DNA of 64,000 bases from Candidatus Paceibacter sp. Its GTDB lineage: Bacteria > Patescibacteriota > Minisyncoccia > UBA6257 > JAGOQP01. The stretch's first letter is position 1; every line of letters starts with the position of its first letter. This document shows, one piece after another, positions 21,809 to 33,074 of the stretch. The notes under the pieces were generated by a model that saw only the letters and a program-made list of their open reading frames with translations, did not search any database and was not told the origin of the DNA. A program made the position numbers and the translations under genes. Location of the stretch: assembly GCA_020724905.1 (NCBI GenBank), contig DYGB01000003.1, positions 1,431 through 65,430 of the forward strand, written 5' to 3'.

Positions 21809-23518
21809 ATGGCATACCCTATCCCAAAAGATCAGTTACAACAGAGACTTTTAAAAGAAGGTCTCGTTACCAAAGAACAGTTTGAAACTGCTGTTGAGGA
21901 GGCGCGTCGTATGAATCAAGACGTTGCCGATGTCCTTGTTGCAGAGCAACTTATTACCTATGACTATCTGTATAAACTTCTTTCAGACTATTTTGGTGTT
22001 GAGCGGGCACAGATTAATACACGAGGAATAGATGATCAGGTGTTAGGGCTCGTAGAGAAGAAGTTTGTTCAAGAAAAAAAAGCAATTCCATTTTCACGAG
22101 ATGAAGATGGTACCATTAACGTAGCAATGGAGGATCCAAGTGATCTTCAGACTGTTGAATTTCTTGAAAAAAGACTTGGTGCACGAGTGCGACCATACTT
22201 TGCATCACCTCAAGATCTTGCACGGGGACTTTCTTTTTATTCTCATAAAGCGACAGAAGACTTTAAGGGTATTATTGATAGGAATATTAAAATATCCCTA
22301 CAACAGGGGATAGATACTGAAGAAGAAGCAGCAAAACAGATTCCTATCGTTGAATTGGTAAATAACCTTATCGGATATGCTGCGTATCTTAATGCTTCAG
22401 ATGTGCACGTTGAAGCAATGGAGGATGAGGTGCTTGTTCGATTTCGTATTGATGGCATCTTACATGAAATTATGAGTATTCCTCGACAGGTGCTTCCTGC
22501 AATTCTTGCTCGCATAAAACTTCTTGGAGCGCTTAAAGTGGATGAACATCAAAAACCACAGGATGGACGATTCAGACATGAACTAGGGGATGCTGTTGTT
22601 GATATTCGTGTTTCTATTATTCCTACCCTCTACGGAGAAAAGATCGTACTTCGTTTGTTGACCGCATCACAAAGACCATTGTCTCTTACTGAACTTGGTA
22701 TGGATGATCGAATGAAAGAAATTGTTGAAGAGAACGTGAAAAAATCATACGGAATGGTGCTGATAACAGGACCTACCGGATCGGGAAAAACAACAACACT
22801 TTATTCTATCCTAAGCATTCTTAACAGACCTGAGGTAAACATTGTGACTGTTGAGGATCCTATCGAATACAATATTAAATATATAAACCAGGTACAGATT
22901 AATCAAAAAGCAGGTATTACCTTTGCTTCAGGACTTCGATCAATTCTACGACAAGACCCTAACATTATCATGGTGGGTGAAATTCGTGACGAAGAAACAG
23001 CAGAAATTGCTGTGCAATCAGCTCTTACCGGGCATATTGTGCTTTCGAGCTTGCACACAAATGATGCACCATCAACAATTGCTCGTATGCTTGATATGAA
23101 TGTTCCTTCATTCCTTGTTGCAGCAGTGCTTAACATTGCAGCAGCACAGCGACTAGTTAGAAAAATCTGTATCGATTGTATTGAATCATACCAGGTTGAT
23201 GAGAAGATGAGGGTATCAATTGAAAAACAGATGGAAGAACTCCATGTTCCTCACAAGGATATCCCAAAGACACTCTATCGGGGGAAGGGGTGTAAGACAT
23301 GTAACGGAATTGGATATAAAGGAAGAATGGGTATTTTTGAAATACTCGAAGTTGATGAAGATATGAGATCTCTTATCACTTCTCCTGATTTCACACTTGA
23401 AAAATTAATCAAGCAGGCAGAAGAAAAAGGAATGAAAACGATGTTCCAAGATGGTCTTGAAAAAGCTGCCCTTGGGCAGACAACCATTGAAGAAGTACTT
23501 CGAGTTATTCGCGAATAA
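21809..23518 (+). CDS. pilB: type IV pilus assembly ATPase (PilB/GspE)
   Basis: ASDVHVE, PQDGR, GPTGSGKTTTLY, EDPIE, LRQDPNIIMVGEIRD, tetracysteine motif. Confidence 0.95.
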   Translation: MAYPIPKDQLQQRLLKEGLVTKEQFETAVEEARRMNQDVADVLVAEQLITYDYLYKLLSDYFGVERAQINTRGIDDQVLGLVEKKFVQEKKAIPFSRDEDGTINVAMEDPSDLQTVEFLEKRLGARVRPYFASPQDLARGLSFYSHKATEDFKGIIDRNIKISLQQGIDTEEEAAKQIPIVELVNNLIGYAAYLNASDVHVEAMEDEVLVRFRIDGILHEIMSIPRQVLPAILARIKLLGALKVDEHQKPQDGRFRHELGDAVVDIRVSIIPTLYGEKIVLRLLTASQRPLSLTELGMDDRMKEIVEENVKKSYGMVLITGPTGSGKTTTLYSILSILNRPEVNIVTVEDPIEYNIKYINQVQINQKAGITFASGLRSILRQDPNIIMVGEIRDEETAEIAVQSALTGHIVLSSLHTNDAPSTIARMLDMNVPSFLVAAVLNIAAAQRLVRKICIDCIESYQVDEKMRVSIEKQMEELHVPHKDIPKTLYRGKGCKTCNGIGYKGRMGIFEILEVDEDMRSLITSPDFTLEKLIKQAEEKGMKTMFQDGLEKAALGQTTIEEVLRVIRE

Positions 23519-23573
23519 CGTTTTATTTACACAGTAAATGCGATATACTAAAGAGAGATAATCTCTTGACTCT

Positions 23574-24788
23574 ATGCGTTTTCACTATAAAGCACTCGAT
23601 GAGAAGGGGAAAATTGTTGAAGATACGATTGAGGGGGTAGATAAGGCAGATGCAATTAATAAAATTGCAACAAAAGGCTATAAACCTCTTGCGTTAAACG
23701 AACTTTCTTTTTCTCAAAAAAAGACATTCTTTAGTACGCTGTTTAGTCAGAAAATAACCCTCGAAGACAAGGTTTTTTTGACAAAATACCTTTCATTGAT
23801 GTTGAAAGTAGGAACAGATCTTTTTAAAGCAATTAATATTCTTATTGATGACTTTGAAAAGCCAGTAGTAAAAAACCTTCTCATAGAGATTAGAGAAAAC
23901 CTAGAAAAAGGAAGACCATTCCATGAAACATTTGCAAAGTATGAGAAATCGTTTTCTCCCGTGTTTATAAACTTAGTACGCGCAGGAGAAGTATCAGGAA
24001 ACTTAGAGGAGGTATTTGGAGAGTTAAGTGAGACGCTTGAGAAGCAAAATGATTTGCGACAGAAAATTAAATCAGCGCTTACCTATCCAATTATTCTCTT
24101 TGTTGCTTCTATTGTTATTTTGATTTTGCTGGTGAGCTTTTCTCTTCCAAAAATTGCAAATGTTTTCTTGAGCGGAGGTCTTGAACCACCAACATTTTCA
24201 AAAGTCATTTTTACCGTAGGGTTATTTATTGGAGATCATCTTGCAATCCTTCTTACCCTTCTTGCTATCGTTGCTATTGGAGGCTTTATATTCTTTTCAA
24301 AAACATTACTGGGAAAAAAAATTCTCTATGATATTGGTCTTAAAACACCAGTGATAAAGAATGTGATAAAACAGGTATCTTTGCAACGATTTGCCGCAAC
24401 ACTTTCTTCACTTCTTTCTTCAGGGCTTTCTATCGTTGAGTCACTAGAGGTAACCTCAGGATCTGTGGGGATGCCTGAACTACGAGTGGCACTTGTTCGC
24501 ATTGCCCGAGAAGGGATCTCAAGAGGGCTTACTGTTGGAGAGGCATTTAAAAAAGAAAAAGTATTTCCTCCAATTGTTTCAAACCTAGTCGCAATTTCTG
24601 AAAAATCAGGACATTTAGAAGAAATTCTTGAGACACTCTCAGAATTCTATGCAAAAGAAATTGAAGCAGCGGTAAAATCTCTCGTGTCGTTTATCGAACC
24701 AGTTATGCTTCTCCTTATTGGTGTTGTTATTGGAACCATTGCGCTTGCAGTGATCGTGCCGGTCTATCAGCTCACCAGCACGTTTTAG
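23574..24788 (+). CDS. pilC: type IV pilus platform protein (PilC/GspF)
   Basis: RAGEVSGNL, KSALTYP, EKSGHL, IEPVM. Confidence 0.94.
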   Translation: MRFHYKALDEKGKIVEDTIEGVDKADAINKIATKGYKPLALNELSFSQKKTFFSTLFSQKITLEDKVFLTKYLSLMLKVGTDLFKAINILIDDFEKPVVKNLLIEIRENLEKGRPFHETFAKYEKSFSPVFINLVRAGEVSGNLEEVFGELSETLEKQNDLRQKIKSALTYPIILFVASIVILILLVSFSLPKIANVFLSGGLEPPTFSKVIFTVGLFIGDHLAILLTLLAIVAIGGFIFFSKTLLGKKILYDIGLKTPVIKNVIKQVSLQRFAATLSSLLSSGLSIVESLEVTSGSVGMPELRVALVRIAREGISRGLTVGEAFKKEKVFPPIVSNLVAISEKSGHLEEILETLSEFYAKEIEAAVKSLVSFIEPVMLLLIGVVIGTIALAVIVPVYQLTSTF

Positions 24789-24795
24789 TATTCAT

Positions 24796-25875
24796 ATGAA
24801 CCTATCAGGAAAACAATCCTTTACCTTAGTTGAAGTTCTCATTACTGTGGGGATTCTTTCTATTATCGTTGGTGTGGGGTTTTTAAACCTCACTGGGTTT
24901 AAGAGTAAACATAGTTTTGATCTTGATGCTGAGAACGTTGTTGCATCAATACGAAATACACAGAATAGAGCACTACTTGGAGAAGGGGGTACCTCATGGG
25001 GGATTCGATTTGTGAGTAGTGCAACAGGCGGATCATATGAAATATTTTCCGGGACAGAATATGCTCCCTCATCAGTGGTGGTTAGTGATGCTTTGAGTGT
25101 TTCTTCTCGTTTTTATAACCCTCCAAGTGGTTTTTCTAAAACAATTGTTTTTTCTCCCATATCAGGACTCCCTAGTAATGCAGATACGATTGTTTTGGGG
25201 AGGTCTTCAGGGGATGATCTCTATATTATTTCAATAAACGCTCTGGGAAGAGTATCAATATCATATGAAACAGGATTGGTAGGATATTGGGCGTTTGATG
25301 AAGGACTTGGGACAGAAGCGCGAGACAGTTCACTGAGTGGAAATCATGGAACATTGGTAAATACACCAACATGGCAGAGCGCATGTAGAAATGGGGGGTC
25401 ATGTCTTTATTTTACTAACACGGCACATGTTTCATTTTCTTCTTCCACCAATATTCCAATGGAAAACTCTAACTACTCTATTGCTGCATGGATAAAGACG
25501 GATTCTATGGGTATTAGAGGTATTGTTGGGTGGGGAAATTATGGGGTTGCAAACCAGGTAAACGCACTACGACTTTCTGGAACTGGATTTAGACACTACT
25601 GGTGGGCAAATGATCTTGACGGGAGTACAAGTAGTCTTTCTGGTGTGTGGCATCATGTCGTTGCTGTGTTTGATGGGACTAATAGAATTATTTATCTTGA
25701 TGGTGTAGAGCTGGTTTCAGACACTCCTTCGGGGCACAACGTTCCTAATGCAGATAATTTAACAATTGCTAAAACGTATACAACTGAATATTTTGAAGGA
25801 TATATTGATGAGGTAAGAATCTATGATTACGGACTTACACCCACACAAGTAGAACAACTCTATGAATCATATTAA
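24796..25875 (+). CDS. minor pilin with C-terminal LamG domain
   Basis: QS-FTLVEVLI; GLVGYWAFDEG..WHHVVAVFDG..IDEVRIY. Confidence 0.87.
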   Translation: MNLSGKQSFTLVEVLITVGILSIIVGVGFLNLTGFKSKHSFDLDAENVVASIRNTQNRALLGEGGTSWGIRFVSSATGGSYEIFSGTEYAPSSVVVSDALSVSSRFYNPPSGFSKTIVFSPISGLPSNADTIVLGRSSGDDLYIISINALGRVSISYETGLVGYWAFDEGLGTEARDSSLSGNHGTLVNTPTWQSACRNGGSCLYFTNTAHVSFSSSTNIPMENSNYSIAAWIKTDSMGIRGIVGWGNYGVANQVNALRLSGTGFRHYWWANDLDGSTSSLSGVWHHVVAVFDGTNRIIYLDGVELVSDTPSGHNVPNADNLTIAKTYTTEYFEGYIDEVRIYDYGLTPTQVEQLYESY

Positions 25876-27442
25876 GACGATACAAGAAGAAAAAGGACAA
25901 CTTCTTATTGAGGTGCTTGTTGCCTTACTTGTGGGTGGGATATTTCTTCTTGGGGCAACACTAGGAGTGTCTTCATTGTTACGATACAGCTTTGAATCAC
26001 GAGGAAATCAGGTTGCCTCATCGTTTGCTGTTGAAATGTTAAGTGATGTTGAATCATTTATCGATACAAAGTGGCACAATATCTATGATCTTGATAAAGG
26101 AGTGGTCAATGCGTACTATCTTATCCCTCATCCCACCTCAACGATAGCGGTAAAGGGAGAGGAGAGCATGTTGTTTGTTGATGTTACAGCAGGAAGAGTT
26201 GGACACTGGAAGTTTGATGAACTATCTGGTGATACAGCATATGATTCATCAGGTAATTTTGCCAACGCAACTTCAACAAGTTTCCCTACACGTCTAGAAA
26301 GTTCTCAGTGTCAGGCAGGGAAATGTCTAAGTTTAAATGGAGGGAATAATTTTATAAGTGCAGGGAACCAATCACTATTTGATTTAGTTGATGAGGGGTC
26401 AGTAAGTGTGTGGGTAAAGATACCATCATCATGGACAGGAGGAACGTATCCAAATGTTGTGAGCAAAGGGGCAGCATATGGATGGGATACAAATGGATGG
26501 AGCCTCTACATGTTTCAGGACAATAGAATTGGTATTGGGTTTAGAAATGGTGCAACAACAAATACGTTGAATTTTTCAAATACGATAAAAGATGAATGGA
26601 CACATATTGTTGGTACTTGGGATGGATCAACAATCAGCATCTATCAAGATGGTGTTCTAAAAAACAGCACTGTACAAACAATAACTCCTGCAACAACAAC
26701 TGTTGCATTAGAAATTGGAAGGGGAGTGTCACATTATTTTGGAGGACTTCTTGATGATGTCCGGGTCTATAACAGAGACCTCTCAGTACAAGAAATTAAA
26801 AATCTCTATGAAGCAGCTCTGTATACACGATATTTTTATGTTGATAATGTTTCCCGAGATATCTCAGGAAATATTGTAACCAGTGGAGGAGAAGATGACC
26901 CTGCGACACAGAAGATAACTATTGGTGTTGATTGGGAAGGAGGAAGGAATATGAGACTAACGGAGTATAGTACGCGTAATAATCCAAAAAACTATATGCA
27001 GACAGATTGGACAGGAGGAGGTGGTGTTGCAGGTCCTGTTACCTCTGCAACAAGTACCTATTTTGATGCATCAAATGTTACTACCGCATCATATTCTCTT
27101 CAGCTTGCTTCAACAACAGTTTCAGGGTGGCTTGAATCTGCTACGTTTGATACTCAGATAGAGGAGGGGGCACGGTTAAATAATATTCTCTGGCAAGGAT
27201 CAAAACCATCAGGAACTGTCGTAAAATTCCAACTTGCATATGCTGCTACCTCTACTGGACCATGGTCGTTTGTAGGGGATGATGGGACAGGCAATTCATA
27301 CTTTATCCCAGCAACAAGTGATATTGCCCTTAAACTCGAAGATATCCATAACTACAGGTATTTTAGGTATAAGGTATTTCTTGAACCAGCAAGTAGTACG
27401 AGCCCTATTATTGATGATATCTTTATTAACTGGACAAAATAA
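25862..27442 (+). CDS. minor pilin with internal LamG domain and C-terminal beta domain
   Basis: KG-QLLIEVLVAL; VGHWKFDE..WTHIVGTWDG..LDDVRVYNR. Confidence 0.85.
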   Translation: MNHIKTIQEEKGQLLIEVLVALLVGGIFLLGATLGVSSLLRYSFESRGNQVASSFAVEMLSDVESFIDTKWHNIYDLDKGVVNAYYLIPHPTSTIAVKGEESMLFVDVTAGRVGHWKFDELSGDTAYDSSGNFANATSTSFPTRLESSQCQAGKCLSLNGGNNFISAGNQSLFDLVDEGSVSVWVKIPSSWTGGTYPNVVSKGAAYGWDTNGWSLYMFQDNRIGIGFRNGATTNTLNFSNTIKDEWTHIVGTWDGSTISIYQDGVLKNSTVQTITPATTTVALEIGRGVSHYFGGLLDDVRVYNRDLSVQEIKNLYEAALYTRYFYVDNVSRDISGNIVTSGGEDDPATQKITIGVDWEGGRNMRLTEYSTRNNPKNYMQTDWTGGGGVAGPVTSATSTYFDASNVTTASYSLQLASTTVSGWLESATFDTQIEEGARLNNILWQGSKPSGTVVKFQLAYAATSTGPWSFVGDDGTGNSYFIPATSDIALKLEDIHNYRYFRYKVFLEPASSTSPIIDDIFINWTK

Positions 27443-27443
27443 T

Positions 27444-27866
27444 ATGAAATGGATACGAAGTAAAAAAGGAATTATTTCCCTGACCACCGTTCTTATTGTG
27501 AGTACTGTTATTGTAGAGACAGCACTTGTAGGGCTCTCTATTGCATACCTTGCAGGGGAGGAAGGATTTGGGCTTAAAGCATCACGTCATGCTATCGCAG
27601 CAGCACGATCCGGTATTAATGATGCAGTCCTAAGAATTATTGATAATAAAGACTACCTTTCAAATTCATATACATTGTCTGTTGATTCATATGAGGCTGA
27701 TGTCACGATTACGCGTAGTTCCATTGATACGAGGTATGCTCGCTATGATATTGAGTCACTTGGGAAAACATTTGGGAAGCGAATTAAAATCAGTGGTGTC
27801 CTCACCGTTGATGAATATTCTGGAGAGGTTACCATTCAATCATTCCAAGAAACAGGAATTGAGTAG
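27444..27866 (+). CDS. PilX-like minor pilin
   Basis: KKG-IISLTTVLIV, AARSGINDAVLRI; start moved to 27444. Confidence 0.75.
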   Translation: MKWIRSKKGIISLTTVLIVSTVIVETALVGLSIAYLAGEEGFGLKASRHAIAAARSGINDAVLRIIDNKDYLSNSYTLSVDSYEADVTITRSSIDTRYARYDIESLGKTFGKRIKISGVLTVDEYSGEVTIQSFQETGIE

Positions 27867-27902
27867 TGGAGAGGGTAACTTTTTGATATACTAAGAGAAA
27901 TC

Positions 27903-29414
27903 ATGCATAAGAGTCTGCGACATATACGAAAATTGCTTCGAGTACTTCGTCCTCGTATTGAGGTAGGAGGTCTTGATATTACTAATGGAGGAGCAGTGTT
28001 TGTATCCTTTCATCCAGAGACCTATGCCCTAAAGAAGGGGTCAATTGCATTCCCCCCAGGAACAGTAGAAGGAGGAATTATCAAAGACAAAAAAGCATTT
28101 ATAGCATCACTACAAAAACTAGCTCAGACAGTTGGATTTAAAAAAGGAAAACAGATTCCTGTTGTTGTTTCTATTTCTGATGAGCATGTATATACACAGA
28201 CCTTTACGCTTCCTCGAATGAAGCGCAAAGAATTTAAAGAAGCAGTTGGGCTCAATATGCAGAGCGTTTCACCAATTGATTTTAAAGATGTACATGCTGA
28301 CTGGGAAGACATTGGAGAAAAAGAAGAAACAGGGGAGAGAGAAATTTTAGCTTCTTTTATAGAAAAAAAATATGTTGATCCTCTTTCAGAGGCACTTGAA
28401 ACAGCTGGATTTTTAGTACTTGCGATAGAACAAAGAGCTTCATCAATTACTCGTGTTCTCTCACAGCAGGAAAAAGCATTTCATCAGCAGACTCCATACT
28501 TTCTTGTCTCAGTACACATTGATGGTATTTCATTTTCAATTCTTCGAAATGGAAGGGTCTATTTTAACAGATTTACCCCATGGAAAGATGTGATTGACAA
28601 TGAAAAAAGAACAGTATCATTTGATGCCTTCAAGGGGTTAATTCAACGTGAAATAAATCAGCTCAGTAATTTCTTTTTCTCACGATTTCATAAAGAGTTA
28701 GGAGGAATCTATGTAGTAAGCCATACCTTCCAAAAAGAGATTGTAGAGACACTTTCTCAGGCAACATCATTTCCTGTACGAAGACCAGTACTCAAAGGGG
28801 GTACATTTCCTGATGTATGGCTCTCTTCTCTTGGATGTGCGCTTCGAGGATTACTTCCACGTTCAAAAGACACGAAGATAAGTATTGCCTCAGAGGGAAC
28901 AGAAGAGCAATTCTTCCATTCACAGGTAATATCCTTTATTACTTTATGGAGAACAATTCTTATAACTATCTCCTTTATTCTTCTTGCTTCATTCTTTATT
29001 GGACATCTCTTTTTAGTTTCATTTAAAGACACAATACAGGCTGATGTCAGTGGAGCATTTTCAAACTCTCAGGTTATCTCAGAGTATCTTGGTCTCAAAG
29101 AAGAGGCTCAAAACTTTAATACCGCAATAGATGAGGCACGGGTGGTAAAGCAGCAACAACAAGCATGGCATCCAATGATCCAAGCAGTCTTTGATAATGC
29201 AGGATCACAGGTATTAGTTGAACGTGTTCATTTTCAATCACCAAGTCAACCAGTTATTGTGACTGCTCGAACAACAGAAGAACAGTATGCCCTTGAATTT
29301 AAAAACAAACTAGCAGCCGTTGAGGGGATTGGAAATGTATCACTCCCACTTTCAGCGTTTAATAGGAATGATGCAGTCACCATCAATTTTCAAATGACAT
29401 TTGAGGTACAGTAA
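27903..29414 (+). CDS. PilM-PilN-like fusion protein
   Basis: GGLDI..PPGTVEGGIIKD actin-like PilM region, then TM helix and PilN-like domain. Confidence 0.75.
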   Translation: MHKSLRHIRKLLRVLRPRIEVGGLDITNGGAVFVSFHPETYALKKGSIAFPPGTVEGGIIKDKKAFIASLQKLAQTVGFKKGKQIPVVVSISDEHVYTQTFTLPRMKRKEFKEAVGLNMQSVSPIDFKDVHADWEDIGEKEETGEREILASFIEKKYVDPLSEALETAGFLVLAIEQRASSITRVLSQQEKAFHQQTPYFLVSVHIDGISFSILRNGRVYFNRFTPWKDVIDNEKRTVSFDAFKGLIQREINQLSNFFFSRFHKELGGIYVVSHTFQKEIVETLSQATSFPVRRPVLKGGTFPDVWLSSLGCALRGLLPRSKDTKISIASEGTEEQFFHSQVISFITLWRTILITISFILLASFFIGHLFLVSFKDTIQADVSGAFSNSQVISEYLGLKEEAQNFNTAIDEARVVKQQQQAWHPMIQAVFDNAGSQVLVERVHFQSPSQPVIVTARTTEEQYALEFKNKLAAVEGIGNVSLPLSAFNRNDAVTINFQMTFEVQ

Positions 29415-29432
29415 GAGAGGTGATATGCTGAG

Positions 29433-31886
29433 ATGACTATGGTGCCTTACAATCCCAGTACAATAGAAGAAAAGTGGAAAGCTCGTTGGAAAGACATGGG
29501 TATCTTTGAGGTAGATATAGCAGGAACACGCCCTTTTTATTGTCTTGTTGAATTTCCATATCCTTCAGGAGAAGGGCTTCACGTTGGGCATACTCGTTCA
29601 TACACAGCACTCGATGTTGTTGCTCGAAAAAAAAGAATGGAAGGAGAGAATGTCCTCTTCCCTATGGGATGGGATGCTTTTGGCCTTCCTGCTGAGAATT
29701 TTGCCCTTAAAACAGGAAGACATCCAGCAGAAACAACAGAAAAAAATATCGCACGATACAGAGAACAGCTCCAGTCCTTGGGGCTCTCATTTGATTGGAG
29801 TCGAGAGGTAAGTACGATTGATCCTTCGTATTATAAATGGACACAATGGATTGTTACAAAACTATTTGATACAGGGTTAGCATATAAAAAGAAAACACAG
29901 GTAAACTGGTGTACGTCATGTAATGTGGTATTGGCAAATGAAGAAGTTGAAGGAGGAGTCTGTGAGAGGTGTGGGGGAGAGGTTATTGGAAAAGAAAAGG
30001 AACAATGGATGCTAGAGATAACTGCATATGCACAACGACTCATTGATGATCTTGATCAGGTATCATATCCTGCACGAGTCAAAAAACAACAAATTGATTG
30101 GATTGGGAAATCTAAAGGAGCATTAATACAGTTTTCACTTCAGAACACAGATAGAACAATTGAAGTCTTTACCACTCGTCCTGATACACTATTTGGAGTT
30201 ACCTATCTTGTACTTGCTCCAGAACACCCACTAGTGAAAGATATTGTAGTAGAAGATAAAAAGGATGAGGTGTCCGCATATATAACACAAACACGAAAGA
30301 AGAGCCAACAAGAACGTATTGCACAAGGTGATATCAAAACAGGAGTCTGGACAGGATCATATGCATCTCATCCAGCAACAGGAGAAGCTCTCCCTGTGTG
30401 GATAGGGGACTATGTTCTTATGGAATATGGGACAGGGGCAGTTATGGCAGTACCTGCTCACGATCAGCGTGATTATGAGTTTGCTCATGCCTATAACCTT
30501 CCAGTACGTCCAGTGATAGAATCTGATAACACTCCTCAGAATGAGGCATACGAAGGAGAGGGAACACTTATTAATTCAGGAGAGTATTCAGGAAAAACAA
30601 GTCAGGAAGCACGAAATACCATTACAAAAGATTTTGGAGAAGAAAAAGTTATTTACAAACTACGTGATTGGGTGTTTGCTCGACAGCGATACTGGGGAGA
30701 GCCAATGCCTCTTGTATTTTGTGTAACATGTAAGGAACAGATAGAAAAGGGAGACACAGAAGGAAGAACACAAGGAGAGATACGAAATCCAGGATGGATG
30801 AGTGTTACCCAAGAACAGCTCCCAGTTATTCTTCCTGATATTAAAGAATACAAAACAACAGAAGATGGAGAGTCTCCTTTGGCACGTGTTGATGAATGGG
30901 TAAAAACTACCTGTCCACGATGTGGAGGAGCGGCACAGAGAGAAACAGATACAATGCCACAATGGGCAGGATCATCATGGTACTACATTCGTTATATTGA
31001 TTCACAAAACAATACTTCTCTAGGAAAAAAAGAACTCTTAGACAAGTGGCTTCCTGTGGATTGGTACAATGGAGGTATGGAACACACAACACTTCATTTA
31101 CTCTATTCTCGATTCTGGCATAAATTCTTGTACGACCAGGGAGTTATTTCTTCTCCAGAGCCCTACATGAAAAGAACATCTCATGGGCTCATTCTTGGAG
31201 AAGGAGGAGAGAAGATGTCAAAATCAAAAGGAAATGTTATTAACCCTGATGATATTGTAAAAGAGTTTGGGGCTGACGCACTTCGTCTCTACATACTCTT
31301 TATTGGGCCTTTTGAGGAATCTATCCCCTGGAATAATAATGGACTTATCGGAATGGAACGGTTTTTAAAACGAGTATGGAATCTGTATCAGACAGTATCA
31401 TTTGTGGATAAGGGAGATGGAACGATAGAATCTGAAACACAAAAGACACTTAAAAAAGTGTCACATGATATTGATGCTCTTAAGTATAATACAGCGATTG
31501 CTGCATTAATGAGTCTCTTTAAAATATACGAAGAGAAGAAGAATGAGATCTCAAAAGAATCTGCAAAACTATTCCTATTACTCCTTTCTCCATTTGCTCC
31601 ATTTATAGCCGAAGAACTATGGGAAACGGTATGTCATGAAACTAATTCCATACAAAAAAGTGAGTGGCCGTCGGTAGATGAGAAAAAAATACAAACAGAA
31701 CAGGTTACGATTGCAATTCAGGTAAATGGAAAAATGAGAGGAACAGTCACCGTTCCTCCTGCATCTAATGAAGATGTAGTGTGGGAAGAGGCGATACAAC
31801 AAAAACAGGTAGCTTTATATATAGAGGGAAAAGATATCAAAAAGAAGATATTTGTAAAAGATAAGATTCTTAATATTGTTTTGTAA
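29433..31886 (+). CDS. leuS: leucine--tRNA ligase
   Basis: PYPSGEGLHVGH, GWDAFGLPAEN, FTTRPDT, KMSKS. Confidence 0.98.
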   Translation: MTMVPYNPSTIEEKWKARWKDMGIFEVDIAGTRPFYCLVEFPYPSGEGLHVGHTRSYTALDVVARKKRMEGENVLFPMGWDAFGLPAENFALKTGRHPAETTEKNIARYREQLQSLGLSFDWSREVSTIDPSYYKWTQWIVTKLFDTGLAYKKKTQVNWCTSCNVVLANEEVEGGVCERCGGEVIGKEKEQWMLEITAYAQRLIDDLDQVSYPARVKKQQIDWIGKSKGALIQFSLQNTDRTIEVFTTRPDTLFGVTYLVLAPEHPLVKDIVVEDKKDEVSAYITQTRKKSQQERIAQGDIKTGVWTGSYASHPATGEALPVWIGDYVLMEYGTGAVMAVPAHDQRDYEFAHAYNLPVRPVIESDNTPQNEAYEGEGTLINSGEYSGKTSQEARNTITKDFGEEKVIYKLRDWVFARQRYWGEPMPLVFCVTCKEQIEKGDTEGRTQGEIRNPGWMSVTQEQLPVILPDIKEYKTTEDGESPLARVDEWVKTTCPRCGGAAQRETDTMPQWAGSSWYYIRYIDSQNNTSLGKKELLDKWLPVDWYNGGMEHTTLHLLYSRFWHKFLYDQGVISSPEPYMKRTSHGLILGEGGEKMSKSKGNVINPDDIVKEFGADALRLYILFIGPFEESIPWNNNGLIGMERFLKRVWNLYQTVSFVDKGDGTIESETQKTLKKVSHDIDALKYNTAIAALMSLFKIYEEKKNEISKESAKLFLLLLSPFAPFIAEELWETVCHETNSIQKSEWPSVDEKKIQTEQVTIAIQVNGKMRGTVTVPPASNEDVVWEEAIQQKQVALYIEGKDIKKKIFVKDKILNIVL

Positions 31887-31888
31887 CT

Positions 31889-32023
31889 ATGGAAGGGACA
31901 AAGAAATTCGCGATACTTCTTATCGCTCTGTTAAGTATTATATATATAACCCAAGGGTTGCTTTCTTCAGTGCAATCATCTCCTGCCGAAAATATCTCTC
32001 CACACAAAGGGTATTTTGATTAA
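31889..32023 (+). CDS. small putative exported/membrane protein (44 aa)
   Basis: MEGTKKFAILLIALLSIIYIT..., starts 3 nt after leuS stop. Confidence 0.4.
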   Translation: MEGTKKFAILLIALLSIIYITQGLLSSVQSSPAENISPHKGYFD

Positions 32024-33048
32024 GATCCGTTTTGTAATGTTGCTGAGAGGCGCTTCTTTTTGCCTTTTCTAATAATCTCTATAGACACTCTCATTCCTTC
32101 TTCTGATTCTTCGAGGGCATCTTCAAGAGTGTATGAGGGGCTGAGGGGTTTTGCATTAAATGAGACAAGAATGTCTCCTTCTTTAATTCCTGCTATGGCA
32201 GCAGGACTACGAGGAACAACTGCAGGAACTGATGATGAGGGACTTTGGACGACATGAACAAGATCATGGACTGATGATAAAGGGACGAGTGTATAACGAA
32301 CACCAAGGAATGCACGCTTAATTTTTCCGTAACGGGCAATATCATCAAGGTCGTTTTGTATGGTATCGATAGGGATACAAAATGCTACGTTCTCAGCGTG
32401 TCGTATTGCTGCTGATGTTATCCCTACAACTTTTCCTTCTGAATTTATAACAGGTCCTCCTGAGTTTCCTGGATTGATAGCAGCATCAATTTGAAAGAGT
32501 CCATGAAATTCTTTTTTGGTATGTTCATTGTATGCTTCAAGACTACGAGAGAGTCCAGATACGATTCCCATAGTAACGGTATTAGGGAATTGCCCAAGCA
32601 CTGTTCCAAGAGCATATACCGTTGTTCCAAGTTCAAGTGCATGTGCTGACCCAAGAGAAAGAGGAGCAGGGGAGTGTTTTTTCTCAGAAAGAGAAAGGTA
32701 TGCGATATCATGAAGAGGATCAGTATCAATAAGAGTCGCTTTTAGATACTCACCAGCATGGGTAATGATTGTGTAATCAAGAAATGCTTCTGAGATAACA
32801 TGAGTGTTGGTAATGATAATTCCTTTTTTATGAACGACAAAGCCACTTCCTCCACCAAAATCAAGAAGTGGTCCCTCTATCTTTTTAGAGAGAAATCGTT
32901 GTCGAGATGATCCTTTTTCAAAAACAGGAAACAGAGATGAAGGATCTGATTTTTGAAAGTCTTCTATCTTTTTTGTGGCGATGACGGATACAACTGAGGG
33001 GAGTGTTTTTTTAATAATGGTGATACGTTTTTTTTCTTCTGATGTCAT
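32020..33048 (-). CDS. HtrA/DegP-like serine protease with PDZ domain
   Basis: GSGF, ITNTHV, DAAINPGNSGGP, SPAAIAGIKEGD. Confidence 0.92.
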   Translation of the reverse strand: MTSEEKKRITIIKKTLPSVVSVIATKKIEDFQKSDPSSLFPVFEKGSSRQRFLSKKIEGPLLDFGGGSGFVVHKKGIIITNTHVISEAFLDYTIITHAGEYLKATLIDTDPLHDIAYLSLSEKKHSPAPLSLGSAHALELGTTVYALGTVLGQFPNTVTMGIVSGLSRSLEAYNEHTKKEFHGLFQIDAAINPGNSGGPVINSEGKVVGITSAAIRHAENVAFCIPIDTIQNDLDDIARYGKIKRAFLGVRYTLVPLSSVHDLVHVVQSPSSSVPAVVPRSPAAIAGIKEGDILVSFNAKPLSPSYTLEDALEESEEGMRVSIEIIRKGKKKRLSATLQNGS

Positions 33049-33074
33049 ATATGTCTAGTATATCGTTTTTTGTG

